Both the position numbers and the translations under genes were made by a program. Positions 7,738 through 17,336 of a DNA stretch of 53,696 nucleotides are shown here, piece after piece (the stretch's first letter is position 1; every line of letters begins with the position of its first letter). This stretch comes from a virus (lineage: Duplodnaviria > Caudoviricetes), in the IMG/VR virus record IMGVR_UViG_3300046171_000043, positions 1 to 53,696 of that record. One strand, given 5' to 3'. The notes under the pieces are model-generated. The model was not told the DNA's origin and did not search any database. It saw only the letters and a list, made by a program, of their open reading frames with translations.

Positions 7738-9858
7738 ATGGAAGAAGATTTTGAAGAAGAAATGATGATGGATGCTGAAGAGTCTTCAGGTATTGAGGAT
7801 ATAAATGAAGGCGACTATCATGATCCTAAAGCTGGTAAAATAGTAAGCTACGTACAAGAAAGATTCTCTCGTGCAGAGACTGCTCGTGAAACAGAAGAAA
7901 ATCGTTGGATTCAAGCTTATCGCAATTACCGAGGTATTTATAGCCCTGAAGTTCAATTTACCTCTACAGAAAAATCTCGTATATTTGTTAAGGTAACTAA
8001 AACTAAAGTATTAGCTGCCTATGGTCAGATTGTAGAAGTTTTATTTGGTGCTAACCGTTTTCCTATTAGTATTAACCCCACAGTATTGCCAGAAGGTGTA
8101 GAAGATTCAGTACACTTTGAGGCTAATCCAGATATGGAGAAGGCTCAACAACAACGAGTTATGCCTGAGTTAGAACCAGGAGAAACTCAACGTTCTCTTA
8201 AACAACGTTTGGGAGCACTTAAAGATTACCTATCTCCAGTAGAAGATAAATTAAGAGAAGGCCCAGCAAAAACTCCAAGTCAAGTTGAGTTTCACCCTGC
8301 AATGATTGCAGCTAAGAAAATGGAAAAGAAAATCCATGATCAACTAGAAGAATCAAATGCTCGTAAGCAATTACGTACTGCAGCATTTGAGACTGCTTTA
8401 TTTGGTACTGGAGTGATGAAGGGTCCATTTGCTGTAGATAAAGAATACCCTAGTTGGACTGAAGAGGGTGAATACACACCTACTTATAAAACTACCCCTC
8501 AAACTTCTTCAGTTTCTATTTGGAATTTTTACCCTGATCCAGATGCTCAGAATATGGAAGAGGCTGAGTATGTAGTGGAACGACATAAGATGTCTCGCTC
8601 TCAACTACGTGCCCTAAGGAACAGACCTTTCTTTAGAGCTAACGCTATTGAGATGGCTGTTTCAATGGGAGAAAACTACACTAAGGAATGGTGGGAACAA
8701 GCTATGGAAGATGACGCTCAGGAATCTCGTTCCGAGCGTTTTGAAGTATTAGAGTTCTGGGGTTATGTAGATACTGATCTATTAAAAGAACAAGATATTG
8801 ACATCCCTGATGAGATGAAAGACCTGACTCAATTAAGTGTAAACGTCTGGGTTTGTAATGGTCAAGTGTTACGTCTTGTAATGAACCCCTTTACTCCTTC
8901 ATACTTACCATACTATGCTGTACCATATGAAGTAAACCCTTATAGCTTGTTTGGTGTAGGTATTGCTGAAAATATGGATGATACTCAAACATTAATGAAT
9001 GGCTTTATGAGAATGGCTGTTGACAATGCTGCTTTATCTGGTAATATGTTGATTGAAGTTGATGAGACTAACCTGACCCCAGGTCAAGATCTTTCAGTGT
9101 ATCCAGGAAAAGTATTTAGACGTCAGGGCGGTGCTCCAGGTCAAGCTATTTTTGGTACTAAGTTTCCTAACGTATCTAATGAAAACATGCAGATGTTTGA
9201 TAAAGCAAGAGTATTAGCAGATGAGTCAACTGGATTTCCATCTTTCGCACATGGTCAAACAGGGGTGTCTGGTGTTGGTCGTACTGCTTCTGGTATTAGT
9301 ATGCTTATGTCTGCTGCCAACGGCTCTATCCGTAACGTAGTTAAAAATGTAGATGATTACTTACTTGGACCATTAGGTAAAGCTTTCTTTCACTTTAATA
9401 TGCAGTTTGACTATGATGCAGAAATTAAAGGTGACTTAGAAGTAAAAGCTCAGGGTACAGAAAGTTTAATGGCTAATGAAGTACGTAGCCAACGATTGAT
9501 GCAATTTCTTGGTGTTGTACAGAATCCTGCACTTGCACCCTTTGCAAAAATGGACTATATTATACGTGAGATTGCTAAGTCTATGGATCTTGATCCTGAC
9601 AAACTTACAAACTCACTTGGAGATGCAGCAGTACAAGCTGAGATCTTAAAGAAATTCCAAGCAGAAAACCCACCTGAAGTAGACCCTAATGCACCACAAC
9701 AAGGTGTTAAAGGACCACCTAATCCACAGCAAGGAGCACCTGCAGGTGTTCAAGTACAAGACACACAAGGGTCTGGTGGTGGAAACATGGGTACAGGGAC
9801 AGCACCTCAACCAGGGGAGCAGGGTTTCTCAGGTAACACAGGACAAGCCCAAGGATGA
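7738..9858 (+). CDS. Portal protein
   Basis: 706 aa after terL; FGTG..K, WNFYPDP, FGVGIAE..D.Q..MN, TASGISML motifs. Confidence 0.85.
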   Translation: MEEDFEEEMMMDAEESSGIEDINEGDYHDPKAGKIVSYVQERFSRAETARETEENRWIQAYRNYRGIYSPEVQFTSTEKSRIFVKVTKTKVLAAYGQIVEVLFGANRFPISINPTVLPEGVEDSVHFEANPDMEKAQQQRVMPELEPGETQRSLKQRLGALKDYLSPVEDKLREGPAKTPSQVEFHPAMIAAKKMEKKIHDQLEESNARKQLRTAAFETALFGTGVMKGPFAVDKEYPSWTEEGEYTPTYKTTPQTSSVSIWNFYPDPDAQNMEEAEYVVERHKMSRSQLRALRNRPFFRANAIEMAVSMGENYTKEWWEQAMEDDAQESRSERFEVLEFWGYVDTDLLKEQDIDIPDEMKDLTQLSVNVWVCNGQVLRLVMNPFTPSYLPYYAVPYEVNPYSLFGVGIAENMDDTQTLMNGFMRMAVDNAALSGNMLIEVDETNLTPGQDLSVYPGKVFRRQGGAPGQAIFGTKFPNVSNENMQMFDKARVLADESTGFPSFAHGQTGVSGVGRTASGISMLMSAANGSIRNVVKNVDDYLLGPLGKAFFHFNMQFDYDAEIKGDLEVKAQGTESLMANEVRSQRLMQFLGVVQNPALAPFAKMDYIIREIAKSMDLDPDKLTNSLGDAAVQAEILKKFQAENPPEVDPNAPQQGVKGPPNPQQGAPAGVQVQDTQGSGGGNMGTGTAPQPGEQGFSGNTGQAQG

Positions 9859-10043
9859 GCCTAAAGCTACTCGTAAACAATAAAGACATCTGGGTATCAT
9901 TCGTTGAAGAACTAGATGCACGAATTAATCAAGTCCATATTCAGATGGAACAAGCAGCTACACCAGAAGTACTCTATCGTCTACAGGGGCAAGCACATGC
10001 CCTACGTAGACTAAAGACGTTAAGGGACCAAGTGAATGGTTAA
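9855..10043 (+). CDS. Small helical hypothetical protein after portal
   Basis: YRLQG..ALRRL motif; coupled to portal. Confidence 0.7.
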   Translation: MSLKLLVNNKDIWVSFVEELDARINQVHIQMEQAATPEVLYRLQGQAHALRRLKTLRDQVNG

Positions 10044-12669
10044 TCTTACAGGACAGATACCCCCTTCTCTTACTGACGAGACTACAGACATTACAACTGA
10101 GGAAGAACAAAGCCCTCCTGAGAGAATGTCTGTTGGGTTTCAAGATCCTGCTGTTGTAGACCCTACAACTGGTAAACCTTACAGTCCCTCTGGTTTAATG
10201 AGGCAACAACAAGAACAAACTAGGCAAGCAGAAGCTTTAGATTCTTTTAATGAACTAAAACTTAATAAAGACTTACAACAAGATATTGAGGCTGTTCTTG
10301 ATGAACAAATAGATGATAAACCTCAAGATAGGTCTTCAAGTCCAAGGCCAATGCTTAGACCAAAGCCTAAAAGAACAAGCCCAATTGATAAGGTTTTAGA
10401 GCTTAACTACCTCCTAAAACAAAAGTCTAGCTTGGGCAATAAAATACGTGGGAAGAAATCTAAAATAATTCCTGGTCTTGATGTCCTTAACGAAGATCAT
10501 CAGAAAACTATAAAAGGTTTCTTTGATAGTGCTGTTGGAGGAGATTCAGGATACGATCCAGTAAAAACAGCTTGGTGTGCTGCTTTCGTTTCTCATATTC
10601 TTGAAGAGCTTGGTGCTGATCCTTTAGAGTCGGGAGACAGGTACGATAGGATTAGAGCAGATAAATTTAAAAACTATGGGTCACACGTTCAACCTGATGA
10701 CATACAAGAAGGTGACATAGTTGTTTTTGATTTTGATGCTGACGGTAAAGGTGACCATGTAACTTTCTATGCAGGTAATCGAATAACATCACAAGACGAC
10801 ACAGACCAAGGTTTCATAAATGTTTTAGGTGGAAACCAAAGTGGTCAGGTCAGTATTCGAGAAAGTCATCCACTATACTTGTGGAGTAACGTTGCTGCTG
10901 TAAGACGTATTACTTACGACGATATTGATTTTGAATTTACAAAAGAAATGGCAGAACAAGATCCTGTCTTTAACGAGTTTATGCCTGAGTATGCAAGCTC
11001 TTCTGAAGAAACTACTCAAACATTTAACGAAGGTGGTGCAGTCATGCAAAGACAAATGGAAATGGCATTTATGAATGAGGGTGGCCTGACGGACGATGGG
11101 TTGGAAACAGACCCAGTGTCAGGCAATGAAATACCTGATGGCTCAATGGCTGAAGAAGTAAGAGATGACATTCCTGCACAACTATCTGAAGGTGAATACG
11201 TTGTTCCTGCTGACGTTGTAAGATTTTACGGTGTAAAGTTCTTTGAAGACCTACGTATGGAAGCTAAACGTGGCCTAGCAGAAATGGAAGCTAACGGACG
11301 TATTGGTGGAGAGCCTGTACCTGCAGGTGGACCACAAGCCAACGAAGCACCTATCACAGATCAAGAGATGTCGGCTCTAAGAGAGTTAGCAATGGAGATG
11401 AACCAAGGTGGTTCTGTTCCAAACATGCAACCCTCACCACAGGCTATGGGCAACACTATGCAGCCACAGCAGCCACAGATGATGAACAAAGGTGGTACAG
11501 TACTTGGATTCCAAAATGCAGGTGATACAGGCACAACACAAGGTGCTGTAACAAGTGTTCAAAATGCTCAAGCTGCTAAAAGCTCTGTACCGGGTGGTGC
11601 AAGCTTAGGCTTCTCACTCTTTGGTTCAGGCTCAGACATTCAGAATCAGACTGGTACTGGTGACATGTCTCAGACAGGTTCAACTACGTCTACTGCAAAC
11701 GACAGAGATCAGTTTGAAGAAGGACAAACTGTTTACTTGTATAAAGATAACCAGACCCTATCCTTTTATATGATGGCAGACTACGACGACTACAAACAAA
11801 AACTATCTGAAGGTTGGTCTACTGAACAAGTTCTAGAAGATCCAGAGATTACTGATCCTACTATTACTCCTGTTAAAGAAGATGATGGTGGTACTCCACC
11901 ACCACCTAATAGAGAAACTAAACCTGCTAAGACTCCATCTGAGATGAATGATAAAGAGCTAGTAGACTCACTAAACTCAATGGGTACTATTGCTAGAGCA
12001 GGTAGCGCATTAGCTATGTCAATGGGTCTTCCTGTAGGTGCTATTGTTAGTGCAGGATTGGTTAATCAGTACAACAACCTTCTAGCGGAAGCTGACTCTA
12101 GGGGTCAATTACCTGAAGGTGCAAAACGTAGAGGAAGTATCTTTGGTGGTGAAGGAAGTCTAACAGAGAACCTATACCAGATTGATGATGACGGTAATAT
12201 TGTAGAAGGTACTGCAGGTCAAGGTGACTTCGGTGATACTTGGTTGGGTGACCTACTAGGCTTTGACGGTGAAGCAGGTGTACAAGGTCCGGGTCTAAAA
12301 GCCTCTATCGGTGGTGCACGTAGATACCAAGGCACAGGTACAGAAGGTTCGTCTACAACTGGTAGTGGTTCTGGTAGTGGTTCTGGTAGTGGTTCTGGTA
12401 GTGGTTCTGGTAGTGGTTCTGGTAGTGGTTCTAGCAGCCTTTCAAACACAGTGTCTGCAGCTAATGAAGCAGGGGGTAGTACTGTCTACTCAGGAGGAAA
12501 TGCTATCTCAGGCCCAGGTTCAGGGCAAGTTAGCTCTGTCGTAACAAATGCAGGAACAGCTAATCAGAGTGTCACAGGAGGAAGTCAAGTAGAACAAGAC
12601 TACGTTACATCTGCAGCAGCAGGTAACAAAGGTGGCCTGATGACCAACAAAAAGAAGAAAAAGAAATAA
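10036..12669 (+). CDS. Multidomain virion-associated protein with NlpC/CHAP-like (TIGR02594-type) peptidoglycan hydrolase domain
   Basis: AWCAAFV, GDIVVF, HVTFY, VLGGNQS; also DDIPAQLSEGEYVVPADVV segment and low-complexity tail. Confidence 0.75.
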   Translation: MVNLTGQIPPSLTDETTDITTEEEQSPPERMSVGFQDPAVVDPTTGKPYSPSGLMRQQQEQTRQAEALDSFNELKLNKDLQQDIEAVLDEQIDDKPQDRSSSPRPMLRPKPKRTSPIDKVLELNYLLKQKSSLGNKIRGKKSKIIPGLDVLNEDHQKTIKGFFDSAVGGDSGYDPVKTAWCAAFVSHILEELGADPLESGDRYDRIRADKFKNYGSHVQPDDIQEGDIVVFDFDADGKGDHVTFYAGNRITSQDDTDQGFINVLGGNQSGQVSIRESHPLYLWSNVAAVRRITYDDIDFEFTKEMAEQDPVFNEFMPEYASSSEETTQTFNEGGAVMQRQMEMAFMNEGGLTDDGLETDPVSGNEIPDGSMAEEVRDDIPAQLSEGEYVVPADVVRFYGVKFFEDLRMEAKRGLAEMEANGRIGGEPVPAGGPQANEAPITDQEMSALRELAMEMNQGGSVPNMQPSPQAMGNTMQPQQPQMMNKGGTVLGFQNAGDTGTTQGAVTSVQNAQAAKSSVPGGASLGFSLFGSGSDIQNQTGTGDMSQTGSTTSTANDRDQFEEGQTVYLYKDNQTLSFYMMADYDDYKQKLSEGWSTEQVLEDPEITDPTITPVKEDDGGTPPPPNRETKPAKTPSEMNDKELVDSLNSMGTIARAGSALAMSMGLPVGAIVSAGLVNQYNNLLAEADSRGQLPEGAKRRGSIFGGEGSLTENLYQIDDDGNIVEGTAGQGDFGDTWLGDLLGFDGEAGVQGPGLKASIGGARRYQGTGTEGSSTTGSGSGSGSGSGSGSGSGSGSGSGSSSLSNTVSAANEAGGSTVYSGGNAISGPGSGQVSSVVTNAGTANQSVTGGSQVEQDYVTSAAAGNKGGLMTNKKKKKK
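12361..12432 (+). repeat. Perfect 12-bp tandem repeat (GGTAGTGGTTCT)x6 encoding (GS)12
   Basis: Read directly. Confidence 0.95.
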
Positions 12670-12674
12670 TCCAA

Positions 12675-12713
12675 TATAACTATAAGGCTACCCAGGGAAT
12701 CAACCCTGGCCCC
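12675..12713 (+). promoter_or_regulatory. TATAACTA box followed by a leader hairpin upstream of the scaffold gene
   Basis: TATAACTA 12675-82; stem CCAGGG/CCCTGG 12692-12709. Confidence 0.55.
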
Positions 12714-12730
12714 AACATAAGGAAAATGAT

Positions 12731-13687
12731 ATGAACGTAGCAGTTAAAGCAACCCCTAAGAATGCAGGATTTGTAGATCGTGGATTCAACCATGCACAAC
12801 GTAAGAAACGTATGGAAGATGAAGAGGCAGAAATTGCTAGACTAGAAGCAGAAGCTCGTGGTGAAGAGTATGTTGAGAAAAGTGAACCCAGTGGCACGGA
12901 TACTGAGGACACCAAGGTACAAGCCACAAGTAATACCAAACAAGAAAAAGAAGACACCACGGAAGTCGAAGCACAAGAAGACGACTCAGACACAGGATTA
13001 AGTGCTGAAGAGAAGTCTTTCAAGAAACGTACGGTGATCTGCGTAGACATATGCAAGAAAAAGAGAAAGAGTGGAATAACAGACTTGAATCTCTTGAGAA
13101 GCGTAAAGCAAAGGATAGCATTGTCCCGCCTAAGTCTAGTGAAGACATTGAAGAGTGGGCAAAGAAATACCCAGACGTAGCAGGTATTGTTGAAAAGATT
13201 GCTTCAGAAAAAGCAAAAGAAATGTTCAGCAAAGCAGAAGAACGTCTAAAAGAATTAGATGAAGCTCATAATGAAGCACTACGAATGAAAGCAGAGAATG
13301 TTATTCGTAAGTCTCATGATGACTTTGATGAATTAAGGCAGTCAGAGGATTTTCATAACTGGGCAGAAGAACAACCTAAATGGGTTAAAGATGCTCTATA
13401 TGAAAACATGGATGATCCTGCATCCGTAATCCGTGTGATTGATCTTTATAAAGTTGATAAACGATTTGACTCCTGCAGCCAAAAGAAACACTAATCGTAA
13501 GGCTGCAGCTTCTACCGTTTCTAAAGGTACTCGTACCTCTATAGATGCCAAAGGTGTTGCAGGACAGATTAAAGAGTCTGATGTAGCCAAGATGTCAGCT
13601 AAAGAGTTTGAGTCACGTCAAGATGAAATCCAAGAAGCTATGTCTTCTGGTAAATTTGTCTATGACATGTCTGGTGCAGCCAGATAA
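12731..13687 (+). CDS. Putative scaffolding protein, broken by two 1-bp indels (~13030, ~13460)
   Basis: Acidic/coiled-coil, precedes the capsid gene; corrections give FKKRYGDLRRHMQ and join ORFs 12731, 13051 and 13439. Confidence 0.75.
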
Positions 13688-13691
13688 ACTA

Positions 13692-13721
13692 TTGACACTT
13701 AACAAGTGTTCAATATAACTA
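13692..13721 (+). promoter_or_regulatory. Promoter TTGACA-N16-TATAACTA for the capsid gene
   Basis: Consensus -35 plus the recurring box. Confidence 0.75.
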
Positions 13722-13724
13722 CAC

Positions 13725-13879
13725 GTATCTAACATAGAGCCTCCCTCAGGGACTACCTCTATAGATACTTTTTCATAAAAGTCTAAACTACAAAGAACCA
13801 CCTGTCCAAGTATAGGCCCAGTGGTGTTGACTAGCGCAAGTCAATTCCCTCTGCACCCTAGAAAAAGTACAGCCTCTTT
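13725..13879 (+). promoter_or_regulatory. Structured 5' leader RNA of the capsid gene
   Basis: Nested stems GTATCT/AGATAC, ATAGAG/CTCTAT, TCCC/GGGA, AAAGA/TCTTT, CTGT/ACAG, TAGG/CCTA, TTGACT/AGTCAA. Confidence 0.55.
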
Positions 13880-13929
13880 AAAGGTGTTTAGCTTTCTTTT
13901 TAAAGCCAAATATCATGGAGGATTTAACT

Positions 13930-15003
13930 ATGGCTTTTGCATCCGCTTCAGGTTATACCAACCTGCCAAATGGGAACTTTTCCCCAGTCATCTACTCGAA
14001 GAAAGTGCAGCTTGCGTTCAGGAAGAGCACAGTTGTAGGTGATATTACGAACTCCGAATATTTCGGGGAGATCGCAAACCAAGGTGACACAGTGAAAATT
14101 ATGAAGGAACCTGAGATTTCAGTTTCTGCATACACTCGTGGCACAACCATCGCAGCACAAGATTTATCAGATGACGATTTCTCGTTAGTCGTTGATAAAG
14201 CTAACTATTTTGCTTTCAAGATGGATGATATCGAAGAGGCACATAGCCACATCGATTTTATGAACCTTGCTACCAACCGTGCAGCTTATCGTCTTGCTGA
14301 TCAGCATGACCAAGAAGTTCTAGGTTACCTAGCAGGTTACAAACAGTCTGCCCTACACGGGAATGCTGACACAGTTAACGATACTGTTAACGGTACTAAA
14401 GCAGACTCAAATGCAGGTACAGACGAATTGCTTGCAGCAAACAAGCTAAACAAAGGTGACTTTGGTAACATCACAACAGCAGATGCTGATGACCATTCGA
14501 TCCCTGTTGCAGCACGTTTGCCAGGTGCAACTGCACTACCAACAGCATACGTTTCACCAACAATGTTGGTTGCTCGTATGGGTCGTCTACTTGATCAACA
14601 ACAAGTTGACAAAGACGGTCGTTGGATCGTAATCGATCCTGTCATGATGGAAATCTTGATGGACGAAGATTCACGTTTCCTACAATCTGAATGGGGTGCT
14701 TCAGGTGGCCTACGTAACGGTCTAGTCATCAACAACTGGAATGGTTTCAGAGTTTACTCTTCTTCAAACCTACCTTCTGTTGGTACTGGTGCTGCTACAA
14801 CAGGTACAGCTAACCAAAACGCAAACTATGGTGTGATTGTTGCAGGTCATGATTCAGCCGTTGCTACTGCAGAGCAGATCAACAAGACTGAAACATACCG
14901 TGACCCAGACTCATTCGCAGACATTGTTCGTGGTATGCACCTTTACGGTCGTAAGATTCTACGTCCAGAAGCATTGATTACAGCTAAGTATAACTTGGCT
15001 TGA
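13930..15003 (+). CDS. Major capsid protein (P22-coat-like)
   Basis: SD GGAGG 13917-21; FSPVIYSKK, GDTVKI, DIVRGMHLYGRKILRPEAL; flanked by promoter and terminator. Confidence 0.9.
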   Translation: MAFASASGYTNLPNGNFSPVIYSKKVQLAFRKSTVVGDITNSEYFGEIANQGDTVKIMKEPEISVSAYTRGTTIAAQDLSDDDFSLVVDKANYFAFKMDDIEEAHSHIDFMNLATNRAAYRLADQHDQEVLGYLAGYKQSALHGNADTVNDTVNGTKADSNAGTDELLAANKLNKGDFGNITTADADDHSIPVAARLPGATALPTAYVSPTMLVARMGRLLDQQQVDKDGRWIVIDPVMMEILMDEDSRFLQSEWGASGGLRNGLVINNWNGFRVYSSSNLPSVGTGAATTGTANQNANYGVIVAGHDSAVATAEQINKTETYRDPDSFADIVRGMHLYGRKILRPEALITAKYNLA

Positions 15004-15016
15004 TAATTAAAACTTT

Positions 15017-15040
15017 AGGGGCAGGGCAACTTGCCCCTTT
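15017..15040 (+). terminator. Rho-independent terminator after the capsid gene
   Basis: AGGGGCAGG-GCAA-CTTGCCCCT followed by a short T run. Confidence 0.75.
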
Positions 15041-15063
15041 AGGTTATCTGAAGGATTTTTGTA

Positions 15064-15792
15064 ATGGCAACCTACGTTACACTTGTTAATGAACTACTTA
15101 CAAGATTAAACGAAGTTACTCTGTCTACTACAGGTGACGGATTTAATTCTGCTCGTAACGTACAAGCTCTAGCTAAACAAGCTGTAAATAACTCCATTAG
15201 AAATATCTTACAGACAGGTCAAGAATGGCCTTTTCTTAGAACAACGTATACTCAGGCATTGACTGCAGGTACAAGGCAGTATGACTTTCCATCAGACTAC
15301 TCGAGTGCAGATTGGGAAACATTCTACCTAAAGAAAACAAGTGGTATCAACAACACACCTTCTTTCCTACCTGCTATCTCATATGACGAATACACACAAC
15401 GTGTAAGAGAGTCTGACGATACAGCAGATCAGTCTGGTGTTGCAGCCCCTACTCTTGTCTATCAAACAAACGAAGAAAAGTTTGGTGTGTCTCCAATTCC
15501 AGATGAAGCCTACGAAATTGAGTATGTGTACTGGTCTTTCCCATCAGACCTTTCTGCTTATGACGATGCAGCAGTTATCCCAGACAGATTTAAACATGTC
15601 GTAGTTGATGGTGCTATGATGTACATGATGAGATTCAGATCTAATGATCAGAGTGCTTCAATCCATCAGCAGAACTTCTTAGAGGGCATTAAGTCTATGA
15701 GAAGAGTTCTTGTTGATGAACCATTACGAGTAAGGTCTACTGTAATAAACAGGTCAGCTTCATCTTCTTCTAGTTTAGGTAGAGTAAACTAA
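15064..15792 (+). CDS. Head-tail adaptor / tail tubular protein A-like
   Basis: Position; LVNELL.RLNE, WPF, P.PD..Y motifs. Confidence 0.65.
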   Translation: MATYVTLVNELLTRLNEVTLSTTGDGFNSARNVQALAKQAVNNSIRNILQTGQEWPFLRTTYTQALTAGTRQYDFPSDYSSADWETFYLKKTSGINNTPSFLPAISYDEYTQRVRESDDTADQSGVAAPTLVYQTNEEKFGVSPIPDEAYEIEYVYWSFPSDLSAYDDAAVIPDRFKHVVVDGAMMYMMRFRSNDQSASIHQQNFLEGIKSMRRVLVDEPLRVRSTVINRSASSSSSLGRVN

Positions 15793-17336
15793 TGGCAGAT
15801 AATTTAGCCTCTTTTAAGGTTATAGCCCAAGGGGGTTTGAACCTGAACAGGGACGTTCTCTCTCAAGGTGAGACAGCCCCAGGTTCTGCCATATCTCTCG
15901 TAAACTACGAACCTGCTATCACTGGTGGTTATAGACGTGTAAGTGGTTTTAGTAACGACTACGGTACAGTCTCTGGTACAGGTAATGTTCTTGGGGTAGC
16001 AGTAGCTAACGGAATTAATGACGGTATCTTAGCTGCTCGTGCACCTTCTAGTGGTAATGACTACTTACATTACTGGGACAATGCCACTGAAGCTTGGGTT
16101 GCAGTAACTACCTCTGGTACACCCACTATGACAGGTGTAACAAAAGTTAGGTTCACAAGATTTAACTTTGGTACTTCAAAAGTTATTATGACAGACGGTG
16201 TTAACCCTGCTGCAACTTATAATGGTACTACTTATACACAGATTACAGATGCTTTTGCACCGACAGACCCTAAATACTCTGCAGTATTTAAGAATCATAT
16301 GTGGTTGGCAGGGGATCCTGCAGAGCAGCAAAACCTTTATTTTAGTGCTCCTACCGATGAAACTAAATGGAATCCTGCAGACGGTGCAGGTGTTATAAAT
16401 GTAGGGTTTCCTATTGTTGCAATAAAACCATTTCGTGATTCTTTGTTTATATTTGGTGTCAACAATATTAAAAGACTTGTTGGTACTAACATAGCAGACT
16501 GGCAGGTAGAGCACGTAACAGATGACCTTGGTTGTCTAGCTTCAGACAGTGTTGTAGAAATTGGAGGTGACCTCCTTTTCTTATCTCAAGATGGTATTAG
16601 ACCTATCTCAGGTACAGACAAGATTGGTGACGTTCAGCTTGAAACCCTAACTAAAAACATTCAGTCTTTGTTCACTGATGTTGTTCTAGCAGAAGATTTA
16701 GAAAAACTATCTTCAGTAGTAATTAGAAGTAAGTCTCAGTTTAGATTATTCTACGATGAAATAGAAGCTAACGGTATTATCGGTGCTCTTCGTATGGGGC
16801 AACAAGGTGGTATTGGGTTTGAGTTTGGGCAGCTTCTTGGCATTGGAGTTACTTGTGCAGCCAGTGGTTATGTAGGTGAAGAAGAATACGTAATCCACGG
16901 TGACACAGAGGGTAATGTTCACAGACAAGAAGTAGGTAATAATTTTGGTGGAGATAACATCATCAGCCTATACCAAACACCTTTCTTGTACATGCAAGAT
17001 CCAGAACAACGTAAGATCATACACACTGCTGCTACTTACCTAAGGTCAGAAGGTGACAGTGAAATTGTTATGTCGGTTATCTACGACTACGAAGACAACT
17101 CGATTCTAAACCCGACAAACTACACACTGAGTACTGAGGGTGCTGCAGCCTATTACAACGAAGCAATCTACGATGATTCTTCTGTAACATGGAGTGGTAA
17201 CCCTTCACCAGTTCAAAGAGTTAATGTTTCAGGATCAGGAAAATCAGTATCTTTTAGATACGTTACAAACGACACTAATGCCTCACACAGTATTCAAGGT
17301 ATTGTTGTGACATTCGGAGTGGGGGATAGACTTTAA
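15792..17336 (+). CDS. Tail nozzle / stabilization protein (tubular B-like beta-propeller)
   Basis: GGLNL N-terminus, LGCLASDSV, LLFLSQDGIR. Confidence 0.7.
   Translation: MADNLASFKVIAQGGLNLNRDVLSQGETAPGSAISLVNYEPAITGGYRRVSGFSNDYGTVSGTGNVLGVAVANGINDGILAARAPSSGNDYLHYWDNATEAWVAVTTSGTPTMTGVTKVRFTRFNFGTSKVIMTDGVNPAATYNGTTYTQITDAFAPTDPKYSAVFKNHMWLAGDPAEQQNLYFSAPTDETKWNPADGAGVINVGFPIVAIKPFRDSLFIFGVNNIKRLVGTNIADWQVEHVTDDLGCLASDSVVEIGGDLLFLSQDGIRPISGTDKIGDVQLETLTKNIQSLFTDVVLAEDLEKLSSVVIRSKSQFRLFYDEIEANGIIGALRMGQQGGIGFEFGQLLGIGVTCAASGYVGEEEYVIHGDTEGNVHRQEVGNNFGGDNIISLYQTPFLYMQDPEQRKIIHTAATYLRSEGDSEIVMSVIYDYEDNSILNPTNYTLSTEGAAAYYNEAIYDDSSVTWSGNPSPVQRVNVSGSGKSVSFRYVTNDTNASHSIQGIVVTFGVGDRL

Noticed and set aside
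13025-13465. Scaffold as a pseudogene or doubly recoded gene
   Set aside because: A missing T (~13030) and an extra A (~13460) in short runs each restore one continuous ORF; the gene is presumably essential.
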